Shown here in pieces: positions 38,441 to 51,155 of a stretch of 64,000 bases of DNA; the first letter of the stretch is position 1, and each line of letters opens with the position of its first letter. This DNA comes from Psilocybe cubensis. Taxonomy: Eukaryota. The translations under genes and the position numbers were made by a program. The stretch is taken from positions 2,170,001-2,234,000 of the forward strand of contig CM039006.1 in the NCBI GenBank assembly GCA_017499595.2, written 5' to 3'. Under the pieces are notes generated by a model. That model was not told the DNA's origin, did no database searches, and was given only the letters and a program-made list of their open reading frames with translations.

Positions 38441-40732
38441 TTACGTGTATTCATACACAACAAACTAGAACACACCATATCAACATCATCATGAAACCCA
38501 AACACAAAACCAAAAAAAAAAAAAAAACTGACCTTCTCATAAGGACACTCAGGCTCCCTCCCCCAACGCGGCAAACTCTGCGGCAGCTCGGGGCGCGCCA
38601 TATGCGCCGTGAACAAGCCATGGTGGTCCTGGTACCCCACACCCTCATCGGGGTACGACACCAGATCGTTCGGGTATGCCTGCGACGCGGGGGCGTAGAC
38701 GATGTACCCGTCCGCGGTGAGGTGGTCGCCGCGCCTATTCCAGAAGCCGCGGCGCATGCGCGTGTTGTACTTTGCAGGGGGCGTGCGGGGCGTTGGGAGG
38801 ATGGGCGGGCGTGTGGGGAGCTGCGGCGGTGGTGGGAGAGGGTTGCTGTTGGTGGGTGCGACGGCGGTGGAGGAGGAGGAGGGCGATGTGTGGGAGGGCC
38901 GCGATGACGGGCCGGTGGAGGAGGAGAGGGAGGAGGTGGGTGAGAATACGGTGTGTGACGCGGGCGATGTGACTGTGGCGGACGGCGAGGGGTACGCGGT
39001 GTGCGCGTGCTGTTGTGCGTACGCGTACGGCTGTGACTGCTGGTGGGGCGGCGATGTGGGATAGTTCGGGGGCGTGATGTTCGTCGGCGACGCGTGTGCC
39101 GAGGATGGATGAGACGGCACGTGGTTCCGCGGCGAAGGCGTCTTTGCGTTCGTCGTGGCGTTGGCGTTGGCGCTCAAAGGCAGATGCGGGTCGACGTACG
39201 TCGTATGTCGACTGCCCAAACCCCTTTCTCGTTCTCTTTCTCGTTCTCGCTCTCGTTCTCGGTCTTTCTCGCGCTCTTCTCTTTCTCGTTCCCGCTCCCA
39301 ATTGTGGTCCTCTGCCTTTTGATGTCGACTATGCGAATTGCTCGGGTAGATATACTGCGATTTCGGCAAATTCGGCATCGTGTGCGCGTGTTGCAGCGAC
39401 GAGCTACTGCTACTATAATAATTCCCATTCGTACCCACTCCTCCTCCTCCTCCTCCTCCCCCTCCAACCGCAGGTTGCTGCTGCTGCTGCTGTTGCGGTG
39501 GTGGTGGATAATACTTAATATGCTCCGGCGCGCGCACCGTCGAATTCAACGAACTTTGCCGCGCAGGGCCTTCAGGGATGGTATCAAGCGACTGCGTCGA
39601 CAACAGCGGGTTCGGGTGGTTCCTCACCGTGCGCGCAGGGAGCAGAGGCGTCTTCGCAAGCACAAGCGGCGAAAGCATGCTATCCGGCTCTTCAGACAGC
39701 TGATCAGCCAGCATCGGCTGTGCAGCCGCACCGAACTCGCGCTTGGTCGGTGACGCCGAGTTGGACCAAAGATACGACGACGTCGAGGAGGAGGAGGACG
39801 AGGAGCCGAGCGAGGTGGGCATCGTCGATTGTCGCGATAGTGGTGTAGGCGAGCTGGTTTCGCCTGTGCTTATGCTGAAAGAGCTCATGCGCGAGGAGAG
39901 ACTCGAGTCGATCGAGCTGTATGACCCCGCGCGCTTGGGCGACGGCGTGTTGCGGTAGTGCTCCGGCGTGCGTACGATCTTGCTGGAGAATGTAGGCTGG
40001 AGCTCGCGTTTCGCTGTGAATGACTCGGGCTCGCTGGGCTGGTGGGTGATATCGCCGTCGGTGTGCCGCCGCGGCGCGTTGGCGTTGGTGCTGGTGCTGG
40101 TGCTGCCGTTAGCGCTCGACTCGTCGTCATCGAGATCCCGCGGCTTCCAGATCCAGGGTGTTTGGTGCCCGCGCCGATAGTATTCTTCCCTGTATAGATA
40201 TCCACGTCAGATTCCCAGATCGTGATGAGAGAAAACAAAGCAGATGGACGCACACAGAGGCAGGAACCATGTTCTCCAATCCAAGCGGATTCGCGGACAG
40301 TTCTGTTTCTAGATACTCTTTACTAGGCGGCTTGGGTACCCGCTTGTACGGGTTATAGCTCGCTTGCTGCTGGGCGGCTTGCTGCTGATACGGCTGCTGC
40401 TGGTGCTGAGCCGGCGGCTGGTACTGCTGAGTCCAATGATGGCTCGGGATCCATGGCACATGCTGCTGCTGTGCGGGGGCGTTGGCGGGGTGCCTGTATG
40501 CGGGGTTGATTTGCCAGGAGCCGGCCTGCCACTGTTGCGGGTTGACAGAGACGCCCGCGGGTATGGGTGGCGGAGCGCCTGCGTATGGGACTGGGGGAGG
40601 TGCTGCTACTGCTGCTGCCGTGCCGCCGCGAGCCCAGCTGCTCTGAGAAGAAACGGGGGCAGATTGTAGTGGTGGATAAGTGCTCCTGTGAGCGTAGTGC
40701 TGGCTCTGGTATGGTTGAGCGTATGTGGCCAT
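38441..40732 (-). CDS. Hypothetical low-complexity protein with a conserved-looking C-terminal domain
   Basis: Exon 1 is ORF 40127..40732 (YNPYKRVPKPPSKEYL). An intron at ~40192-40250 leads to QTPWIWKPRDL and the ORF 38044..39888 frame with RRGFWNRRGDHLTADGYIVYAP. The last intron gives PYEK|FVVYEYT* (TAA at 38441-38443). Contains poly-Q, poly-G, poly-S and (RE)n tracts. Confidence 0.7.
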
Positions 40733-41112
40733 TATGATGTAGTTTAACTTTCGAAAATCGAAAACAAGGGCGATTGATGTGCGTTTCTTTTACAGCAGCC
40801 TTGAATGGAATGAATGCGAGGCTACTAAAAGGAATCAGAGGTCAGGGAAACATACACGCTATTTTCAATCTCCGACCGGCGTTAACGGTTGCGTGTGCTT
40901 TTGGGGTCCCTGCACAGCCTTAATTAGTAATAATAATAATTTCGAAATAGCATTAACGGAGGCAAAAATGCTCCCGGATTAGATAATTATTATTAAATCT
41001 CGGGGACGCGTTGTTTTGCTTTGTTTTCGTTGATTAATCCGTGCGATTGGGCTGTTCGTCCGTCTTGACGGTTCACATCTCACCTCCTCCTCCTCCACTA
41101 CCACCGCCCCCG

Positions 41113-41958
41113 ATGTCCTCCCCCTCCCCCTCCTCCTCCGCTGCCGCTGCTGCTAGCATGGACCGCTCGCTCTCGTCGTTGTCGCTCACGTCCACACAGT
41201 TCGAATCCGAAGACGACTGGGACAGATCGCTCCCCGATCCATCCGTCTCCTCCCTGGACGTCGACATCAACGATCAAGCTCAAGCTTCCTCCTCCTCCTC
41301 CACACCCTCCTCAACACCCGCACACGCATCATCAACGACCCCGCGCAACTCCGTCGTCTTCCCGGCAACCGCAACCACAAGCACCACACCCTCAAGACGC
41401 TCGCGCTACTCGTCGACGCACAGCCGCGGCCCGAGTCTGGACAAGGCGGGCAAGAAGCGCACGCTGAGCGAGCTGTTGAGGATGCATGCGGAGAAGGGGT
41501 GTAGTGCCCGTGTTAGCAATGAGGAGGCGGCGAGGATTGCGGATGTGTTGGGGCAGTGGGTGAGTGGCGGCTTCTTTTAAAACATTTTATTTTCCTTTTG
41601 TTCGTGTTCGTGTTACGGGCTTGTATTCTGTCTGCGCGCTCTATCCATTCATCCATTCATTCATCCATACATTACATCTATCTAACCAAACCCTCACCCC
41701 CCATTTCGTTTCCCCCAGATAAACGCGTCCTCATCACCATACGAGCTCCCAGAAGACGACTTCTTCTCACCAGCGCACTCGCAGGACGACCTCTCGATCG
41801 CAGCTAAACGGCCCATCCCCGTGCACGTCCAAGCTGCGCTGCGCCCGCGCGGGAGGAGCGAGAGCGGACCGTCGCCGTTGGCTATGACACCTGTGAATGG
41901 AGGTGGAGGTGCGGGATCGAGGCCGCCGAGCTCGGTTGGGTTTGTGGGCGCTTCGTGA
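41113..41958 (+). CDS. Hypothetical Ser/Pro-rich protein, two exons
   Basis: KRTLSELLRMHAEKG...EEAARIADVLGQW|INASSSPYE is joined across intron 41560-41719. Stop TGA at 41956-41958. The start could alternatively be 41158. Confidence 0.65.
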
Positions 41959-44318
41959 TTCCAATTTGAAATTTGGATCTTGGATTTCGGATTTTCGAAT
42001 TGGACGCGACGCGACGCGATGTGACCGTTCTTTTCTCGCTTGGCCGTGCCGTGCCGTGACGCCTTGACGCGTTGATATTTATTTTGTACCCCGCCAGGAC
42101 GCATACACTCTCGCGTCCTTCTGTTGTCTTGTCTTGCCTTGCCTTGTCTTCGTTCGCCTTCGCCTTCGACTTCGACTTGTTGTTTGCCTTATTGGCACTT
42201 GCTCTTGTTCTCGACGCATATCCATTCTATCCGGCTACAGCCCCCCACCATCCATCCATCCATCCATCCATTTGGTTATTGACGCATATATTCACGACCA
42301 CTCACGACAATCACGATTACGACCCTTTACGACCTCTTTACGACCCCGCAAAAAATGCATCGGTTCACGAACAGACCTTGACCGACTTGACCGAACTTGA
42401 CTTGACCGGACCTGATCTGATCTGACCGGACTGGATTATCTCAACCAACCACGGCAGAATACAGTGGTTCGAACTTTGAAAGTACATTTACTTATTCTAT
42501 TTTCCCTTTTTTTTTTTCGCATCGCGTTGCGCCGCATTGCATTGCATCGTATTGTATTGTATTGCGTTGCGTTGCATTGCGGTTTTTGCGAATTGTAGTT
42601 ATTTATTGATTGGTATTGGTATGTTTATGGCTTTTTAGTGTTTTTTGTTCTTTGTTCTTTGATCCTTTGTCCCTTGATCCTTTGCCCTTTGATCCTTGTC
42701 GTTGTCCCTTGTCTTCGATGTTATGACTTTTCCTCTTTTTCGCAATACTGTTGTTTTCTTTGCTGAAGCAACGTCTATCCCCAATCCCCCCCCCCCCCCC
42801 CAGTCTCTCAAGATCTCATCCCTCATCCATCATCCTTCATCGCTATTCCCTATAGCTAGCTACCTACCCACATACACCCGCTATCGCTATGGAATTATTA
42901 CATTGCACGTAACAAATCTCAATGCTCAATGCTCAATGCTCATTCTGCGTAGACACCGTTTGTGAAGATATAGATATGTGGTTGTGATGTGTTGTACATT
43001 GTATTTGTTGTGTGGTTGTTTTGTGTTTCGTCGTTTCGTGTGTCAGTGAACGACTGAAAGGTAAAAGGGTAACATTAAGTACTACTACTAATCATGTTCA
43101 AGAATCAAGATGATTCAAATGTACTTTTTTTCTATTTTGTGGTTTTCCCGAGTCTGCGTGTTTGCCAGTGCGTTTTTGCCATTTGGTCTGCGGCGACTGG
43201 CGACTGGCGACTGGTCGCGAGCTACAATGTCAATGATTAATTGTACGGCATCGCCACTCTGCTCAGTGATCCGAGCTCGTCCTAGTCAGTGCTCACCATC
43301 GCAATAGCCATCGCAATAGCCATCTACTGTAACATCGACATCATCGTTATCATAATTGTATATCAAAGGTATCGTGATGTAACTACCATCTCGTTCCTCG
43401 TTCCTCGTTTCTCGTTTCTCGTTCCGCGGCCCAGGGTTCGATGAATTCGCAGGATATCATTGATCATTGGAGGACTGGTCTAGCTATGACTCGGTGCGAT
43501 GCATTATGCATTATACGTTATGCAGCGATACAGCGATACAGCGATACCCATAGCATCTCCATTCTTCAATTACATTTCCTTTTCGGGGCGTTGTGTTGGT
43601 GTTTTTCTGATTTTATTGAGGATGGCAATTTAGAGGATCATGGATTAATTGCGTTGTCTCTCGGGGTCTTACCTGTCGAGTCAGTGTCGACTGTGACTGT
43701 TTAACTGTTTAATTATACTTAGGTTTGAGTGTTTTGGGCAACTGAGGAGTCGGGAAATGATAATGGACAATGGACAATGGACAATGGACGGTGTCGTGTT
43801 GGCCATGGGCGGGTGTACAGCTCGGATTTAATTCATTTGGATGATTTGATGACTCGATACTGTTACTTTTTGTGTTTTTACTCTCGGTTCCGAGGGTGTG
43901 TGTTATTATTAGATGAAGCACTGATATCTAATACTAATACTTGGACAATTAGGCTGCTGGGAGTGTAGTGCAGCCTGGGGAATTGAAAGGAAATAACGAT
44001 GTAGTGTGCAGTGAAGGACGCTAGTTCCAGTCCTCACGGCACCGATTGTGGAGTAAAGGGAGTCATGTCTGTTACAAAGAACGTGGCTTGTTTGTTTCTT
44101 ACTAGTAGTTGAACACGTCGGAGATCGCTGGAGTTTTTCGTTAATTAGTCTTGATATGTTCATGTTTGAAGTTCTAGCACGTCGTGTTCGAGGTTCAAGT
44201 TAGTATGACTAGAATGAGCCGCTCAAAGTCGAGGTCAAGAGCACGATTTTGACAGTCTTCTGACTCGATTTTTTTGACTTTGGTGGATTGGGTGCTAGTA
44301 CTTGAGTGATTTCTGCAC

Positions 44319-45490
44319 TGTAACTGCAGTGCTCCGCGGATTTGCTTTGTTAGTACAGTGCCGGTGCTAAAGGCGTCAACGTACTACGTAGCACCGGCGT
44401 CAACTTACCAAGAGCACTGATGATGCAGAATTTCAGAGCACTCTGACGTGTGCTGGGCGGAGACGTATGTAAACAGTGAATTAAATATATACATCTTCAG
44501 CTTCAGACCTCATTGCTCCGGCGTCAGGCGTCAGAGACAAGCCGACTCACCGAGGAGTCATTTTGATTTACATTGTAACACTGACATACAAACGACAATC
44601 ATGATGATGTCGCGTTACTAGCATCCAACACTCGACCTCTGAGAACACGCATTTATTAAAGCAAGTGGCGGATCGACAGGACAGGACAGCCGGCGCGGTA
44701 ATTTACTTCTCTCCTGATCTGCATTTTACGCGCATATACTTATGAGCAAGTGAGGATGTACATAGACGCCGCTGATCTGCCCCCGACGGTGACGCGCACA
44801 CGTGCCGTTGTTTTCCCCTGTTCCGTGTGTCCCCGTGTCCGTTGCGTGTGCAAAACGAAGTGCGGCGCTGCAGGTGCGCGGCACGTACGTATCGTGGTCT
44901 GTCTACGAGAGACTAGCGCGGCACTGCGCTGCACGCGCAGTACGCGGTGACTTTGCAGGGACACAGGGACCCCGGCGGAAAAAACAAAATAAGCTAACTA
45001 CATAACTTATCAAGACATGTAATGTCGTAAACGACTTACCAGTATGTACTTAGTTAACTTATTCACGTTGTCCCAAGCGGCGCGTGGCGCGTGCGTGCGC
45101 AGAACGTGTATGCCGATACTCGGGAGGAGCCGGAGATAAGTTAAGCACACTAACAGTGCCGTGCTGTGCAGTAGTGCATTTCTAGTGCACAATGATGGGC
45201 AACATAAGGCTGCCACGCTTAACAAGGTAATACGGTATTTAGTGGTCGGCCAGCTCGCTCCGTTGTTGCCCGCAGGCAAGTGAGGCGCGTCGGGCAGTGT
45301 AGCTGTGCGCAGTGCAGCTCCCGCTGCGCCAGCCGCTACCTCAAGTTCGGACACTATTGAATGGCGACTCGTGCCGACCCGAGTCATAGGCCAGTTCCAG
45401 GAACGCTATATTGTGATTGAGTATTTGTACGAGAAATCAATGATCGATATGAGAGTAATGCACCTCAAAGAGCCTCGGAGCGGCGTTACA
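44319..45490. mobile_element. Degenerate foldback element or solo LTR with TG...CA ends
   Basis: Ends tgtaac...gctccg..ctttg and caaag..cggagcggcgttaca are imperfect inverted repeats, flanked by tgcac/ggcac. An internal symmetric pair (44807 ttgttttcc..gtccccgtgtcc / ggacacagggac..ggaaaaaacaa 44988) shares the same centre (~44900). CpG-rich, with no credible ORF. Confidence 0.45.
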
Positions 45491-45789
45491 GGCACCGGAG
45501 GGCCGTGTACTGCGATGAATAATGGAGGATATTAAAACTCGAGTACAGGTGAGCATCGAGACATTATTTTCAGTCAAGTTAAAGATAGGAAAGGTATGAC
45601 AGTACGCGTCGACGCGACCTTGGACTGGGCCAAACTTGGACGCGACGCGTAAGCTTGGCAGGCGTCTTAGAATACTACCGCGCCAAGATCGCGCGAAAAG
45701 GGGTCAAGTGCTGCATGTCTGATTACGACCTCGAACAACACCTACGTACTCCAAGCCACAATTGTGTTCCATAGTACTCAAATTTCAGC

Positions 45790-46493
45790 TTATACAGTGG
45801 TTAAGAAGACAGCGCATGTTGCGACCCATCCCACAGCACCAGCGGTTAGCCGAGCGTAATGGAGCTGTCTCCACTTTTGCAGTAACGACTCGGCTTCATT
45901 TTCCTCAGCAGGAGTCAGAGGAGACTCTTTGGATGTTGACCGTGCTTTCACAATTTTGTCTCCTAGGGCAAGGAGACGGAGGTTCGTAGGAAGCACTGGG
46001 TTTTTAAAGCTTAGTTTTCTCATTTGCTTCCATTGATTCACTGATATAACTCACTGAATATTAACGTGTATACGCCATGTGCGAAGTTTAGTGGTGCCAG
46101 AAAGAGGAGGTAGTTTTTGGGTGAAAAGAAGAGCCCGGAAGGAGGCGTTAGAAATGCTGCAGTTAAAAGCACTAGGCCAGCCATAGTCCCTGCTCCACCA
46201 AAGTGTCTCTGCGGCGTTATGTTCCATCAGTGTCAACTGTGCGGATTTGCTAGTTCAGAACTTACAGCACCCTTCCTATAGCCATACCCGAATAACTCGA
46301 CTGCTTGAGCTGTGTTGAGTTGAAGTTTCTTGCGCTCCTCTGGATATATGGCCAGGGACATGGCCCCCATGTATTGCGCCGACATGTTTCCGCAGAAGAA
46401 GTACGACGTCAAGCCCACGCTAATGGTAATTGCGGCACTATATGGGGAGCCTAGCGCTCTAGCAATGAAGGTATTCAAGATGTAAGTAGCCAT
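45790..46493 (-). CDS. DUF1772 / anthrone-oxygenase-like small membrane protein
   Basis: Three exons: MATYIL...GYRKGA | RHFGGAGTMAGLVLLTAAF...GVYTLIF | LPTNLRLLALG...EAESLLQKWRQLHYAR. The PTN..L and LL.KW..LH..R patterns fit the family. Confidence 0.65.
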
Positions 46494-46979
46494 GCGGAGT
46501 GTTGAACACGAATCGGGTCTTAATGTGTAGCTTTTCGAGTTGGAGTCAAAAAAGTCTGGGCATTTTATATGCTTTATTCTTACCTCTGAGGCATGCCTTG
46601 ATCAGAGAAACAGGGTCGCTGACTCAACTTTTCAATGCCGGTAGGATGGGTATGTCTTTCCCCGCTTTTTTGCCCCAGGTATTACGTTGATCAGATAGGT
46701 CATCGGATGAACCGATCCGCGTTCGGTAATTGTTGCCGGCTCGGGCGACGGGCGCCCGATCGTTTTGGGCGCCAGTTTCGACAATGGGTCCAGTATTTCA
46801 TTCGTTGTCCTTCTGTATAACAAGACTCGAATGGGGATGTCGCTGAAAAACTATGACTGAAGGCTAGTTATCTCGAATGAGCATCCAATACCTTAAGGTT
46901 ACGATCACCTCAAATACATAGTAATTTACTATTATTTAACAAGTTTTAACATTCGAATCACTTGTGATGGTGATGGTTT

Positions 46980-49526
46980 CTAATTATCAGGATAATCGGT
47001 GCTGAATGTCAGTGCTTTCCATTTCTCCAGCCTAGCCAAAGTTTTCTCGCATTCTTCCTTCACCGCGTTATAGCAGTCTTGCCCGAGTGCAAACCCAGAC
47101 GGAATTTCATCGTCGCTCAGTACCGCCGCCAGTCCTTCCCTCTTGACTACGTCAATAATGACGTTCACCCCTCGCTCTGGGTCACCCTTCTGTTTTCCGT
47201 TAAGGGCTGTATGGATCCGTTATTAGCAGGTCAAATAATCAAAACAATATGAATAGGAATAGGCATCATACAAAATAGTAAAGTGTTATTGCTATGCCCT
47301 GCTTCATTGTAAGCATCAATGTTTGAAACTATCGGGGCAATGTGATCTATAATCTGTGTACGGAAGCACCCAGAATCAAAACAGATGCTGCGAAGTCCAA
47401 ACTGGGAGATCTCTTGGTTTAATGTATCCGCCATTCCTGCAGCATCAAAAACAAATTTTCAGTATGCGTTTAATTGTCTTATGGGCAGTTAGAATCTGTT
47501 TTTTTACCTCGAAGAGCAAACTTGCTCGCGTTGTATAGTCCAGTAAAGGGGAAGGGACTGGAAATAGTTTATTATTATTTGTCAAAAGTGGAATTGAAAG
47601 GAAAGTTGCGTACGCCCATCCAAAGCAGGATCCGATAAAGCAGATGGTGCCGGTGCCTCGCTCACGCATATGGGGAAGGAAAGTGCGAGAGACGTTAAGT
47701 GCACCAAATAGGTTTGTACTTTAAACGTATGAGCCCTTTTCCATATTATTGGATCACGAACATCGCGAAAACCGCCAAAAACATGCATTGCCTTTGTACC
47801 CTTTTAAGGTAAGTCAGGAATTAGCCGACCTTACCAAGCCAATCCAAACATTTGTTGACCTTGGATTGCCTTTGAAAGGTTAGTGAATTATTAACTGATC
47901 TTTGCTTGGGATTTTAATATCTGTTCTTATTGTAAGTCATAGCAAAATATTTCAGATGTATGTATAATCAGAGAATTATAAATTCTACCTTATTTTCCAA
48001 TATAATTATATGCTTTGCCTTATATTGTGTTGTAAAGCTTTAGAAAAATATTTCCTTGTTAATGAAATCTTACCTGAAAATTGAAAGGCAAACCAATATC
48101 TAGATTAGTAGTGTAGGTTATTCATTGATTTTTAGTTATTATATTGATTGTTCAATATTTATAACCACGGGGCGCTCCTCACTGCTCAGAGCAAGCTCAG
48201 AGACAAAGTTCCGTGAGAGATCACATGACATAGAGTCAGACATTGGGGCCACGGAAATTGGGGACGGGGACTCTAAAAGACCGTCGCACAACTCAAAACA
48301 ACTCTGTCAAGGCTTTTCACTTCCCCATCTTCAAGAAATTAAATGGTAAGAATTTCTTCCTAACTTGTGAGATTCCTGCCGTATAACCTCTAGCAAGTAT
48401 ACAGTTCCAACAGTACTAGCACACATGTGGGACTGGGTTTGGCTGGTCAGATAGTAAGTGCACATCATATTCTGTACCATCTATTCCACAATGTACTCGT
48501 TTTCAACACGAAGGTGACCGACTATCTGATTCTCGCACTCGGTCTCGTTCTTGCACTTGGTCTCATTCTCGCACTCGGTCTCGTTCTCGCACTCGCACTC
48601 GCACTCGGTCTCGTTCTCGCTTTTAGCGTAGTTTTTTTGCTCTGCTGTTTTGACTTCTACAGTAGCTTTTTTTACTACACGTGTATTTGTATTCAGTTGG
48701 TTAATAAGCAATTTGTACATTTCTGGATACCGGCGGCCAAGCCAGAAAGAGTGAAATAAGATTCATTAATGAGCGCACATCTTTGCAAAGTTACCCAGCT
48801 TTGCAAGGGCAATTAAAGATTTGCCCTGCCTTCAAAGGTCAACTAAGAATGACCAAAAGTTACAAAGGATTCGCAATGTTGCTAATTATAACGTGTCCTT
48901 ACTTGTAAGTGCTTACAAGTAAGGCCATTTATAATCTTTGTGTCCTTAGTGCCATTTGTTACCTTTATTAGCAATGTATTATCTGGCAAACTTATGGCGG
49001 TTTTCGCGATGAAGTGAAGCTTACTTGAACTGTGCCAATGAGTCCTCGTGTCTGAGGAAGTGTTAATATCAGAATCTTAAAATATAGCAATGTCAATGTG
49101 TACGATGTTTCTTCCAAGCTTCCACGCAAGGCAAACCCTAACCAAGGCCCGTGATAAGCACCACAGCAGTAAAAAGCAAGCATTATATAAAAATCTTACC
49201 AGCGTTATTCATGACGACGTCCACACGGCCATAGACCTTGACCGCTTCCGCTGCAACTTCCTTCAAATGATCTAAACTCGCCGTAACGTCGAGTTCCATT
49301 ATGTGCGCCCCAATTTCCGTCAAGTTCCTGATGGTGTCGAATGACTTTGCACGTGTAGTGGCTATGACAAGATCGCCTCGCTTGATGGCCGCAATCGCAA
49401 GCGCTCGACCTATTCCAGACCTGCAGTGTTAAGGTATAAGTGTTAATGCACTCCTGACAATTGTCTACTGATGTGATCAACATACGAGCATCCGGTGATG
49501 AGCCAAACAAGAGGTGCAGCAGGCAT
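46980..49526 (-). CDS. Short-chain dehydrogenase/reductase, copy 1, with a transposon in one intron
   Basis: MPAAPLVWLITGCS|SGIGRALA, VVMNNAG, TNLFGALN, catalytic YNASK and C-terminal STDYPDN*. The spliced frame appears intact. Intron 47719-49024 is enlarged by an insertion. Confidence 0.85.
47761..49011. mobile_element. Non-autonomous CACTA/Plavaka-type DNA transposon (1251 bp)
   Basis: Perfect 17-bp TIR catcgcgaaaaccgcca / tggcggttttcgcgatg with a 2-bp TSD AA (47759-60, 49012-13). Removing it restores a 53-nt intron. Contains a subterminal palindrome at 48897-48924. Confidence 0.88.
48530..48620. repeat. Minisatellite of ~18-bp units (tctcgcactcggtctcgt) built from 6-bp subunits
   Basis: Directly visible. 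It generates the spurious LALGLV / ENETEC ORFs. Confidence 0.85.
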
Positions 49527-51155
49527 GTTAGATAAAGTTAAAGCTGGTATGTGATGAGGGTTTCGTATCAAAGGGTTAAATGGCAGGGATTCCATGTCAG
49601 CTTTTTACTTTTATACTTCGACATTTCCGACTCGCCACACAGGGGGTACCAAAAAGCTTACAATGTCCGGTCCGATAAGCTAAATTTGCTGTCTGCAGCT
49701 GTCCAGCTAATGCGCTGCCGAGGCTGAGAAATTTGTTCGACAAAAACCCAACGGTGTCAGCTGGTTCCGTTAAGATTTTAATGTATCCATTGCTCACTTA
49801 CGCACCACATGGAGCTTGGAGCTACTGTAAAAGCAGAAATTGATACTAAGACTCGTCCCGTAGATGCCTATGTAAAGTATGTTTTAATTCCTCTCTATAT
49901 AAAGAACAGTCTTATCTTTGATTTCAATCTGTAAATTCGAAACTAGACAGCCCAAGTTACCCCATCAGGAATTTCACTCTCAGTCAACAAAAAAGACAAG
50001 ACATATTTTAGAAAATAAATGTTCCTTGGGACTTCGGTTCTTAATCAATTTGACAGCCAAAATGATTTCACGGCTGTATAAAATGTCAATGGACAAATTT
50101 GAACAAAGGAATTACTGAGTCCCGGAGTAGCTAGTTGCTGTCTTGAGAAAGATCTAACAGATTTTTTTTTAGCTATGGCCTCTATAGTCTAGAAATTCTC
50201 CCATACTATTTGATAAATTACTGGATGTGACACGGCGAGCCTACTACGTACTAACCGATGAACACTTACATGCCAGAGTGTTATTTCTTGCCATTGTAAT
50301 CCCATATATTCTACTTTTGAATGACGCGGCTCACCTTTTCTTATATTGCGCACGCATCCCAGTTCTTGATCTTTTAGTATCACGAGTGCGTCTTACCCCT
50401 GCACTTTCTTGGTGTTGTTACAATAGGCCACATGCAAATCATATTTAATGTGTGTGATGTAGTATTGACGTTGATAAAGTTGGGAAAGGTATACGAGAAC
50501 TGCAATAGAACTGCTAAGTACTATGGATGGAAGGAAGCTAATGTGAAGGGGCAGCTCCTTAAGCCTCGTTTGACTTAGACAACGTTCAAGTGCATGTGCC
50601 ACAGATGATCCCTTGACCTTTAGATATGCAGGTCCAGATAGCTAATACGTAGTAGATCTATGTAGAGCGGCCCTTAGGGCCATTCACTCGTGTATCTTAG
50701 CATTCCGATTGCTTGATACACGATAACAACCAGATTGAAAAAGCTTCTAGTTTCATCAGCAAAAGTGACCAGACGCCCAAATGCCTTTGAGGCCTTATAG
50801 GGCAGGTCAATCCTTGATGTGACGTAATTATGTTGCGCAAACATTTGAATAATATTTGGTGGTGTCGAAAACATTTGGAGGGCATTCAAATGCTCCACAA
50901 ACATTTGACATCCCAAAAATGCAGTATAAATTATTTCAGGTTCTTGCAGTGAACACCCAATCATTGGTTTACCATAGAACTTTCAGAGAATGCTTGAGAA
51001 AAATTAAAATGGAGAACAAAACATTGATTTTAAATTGACGTCCACAGCAATGATTGAAGGTCTTTCAAATGCACGCAAAACAAATGAATGGATTCAAATG
51101 CACTCAAAATGATTTATGCATCAGAAAACCTATTCAACGTACAGATAAGGTAAGG

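Larger units (their letters stand above)
34730..43800. repeat. Domain dense in heterogeneous short tandem repeats (4-9 bp units)
   Basis: Examples: (gtgcca)n 34738, (ttaagct)n 34982, (gatac)n 35242, (tattggga)n 36113, (aggaac)n 36850, (gtaggata)n 36908, (gtcga)n 37300, (gttgca)n 37644, (ggtat)n 38301, (catc)n 42249, (ttgca/ttgcg)n 42530 and (aatggac)n 43762. Such repeats are rare elsewhere in the window. Confidence 0.9.

Noticed and set aside
42455-43445. GGTTCGA T-loop-like motifs suggesting tRNAs (also at ~31144 and ~61990)
   Set aside because: No cloverleaf stems around them.
34730-43800. CRISPR array or telomeric repeats
   Set aside because: The DNA is eukaryotic. There is no constant repeat with unique spacers and no TTAGGG array.
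48427-48759. LALGLV / ENETEC repeat ORFs
   Set aside because: They are products of the 18-bp minisatellite inside the non-autonomous element.
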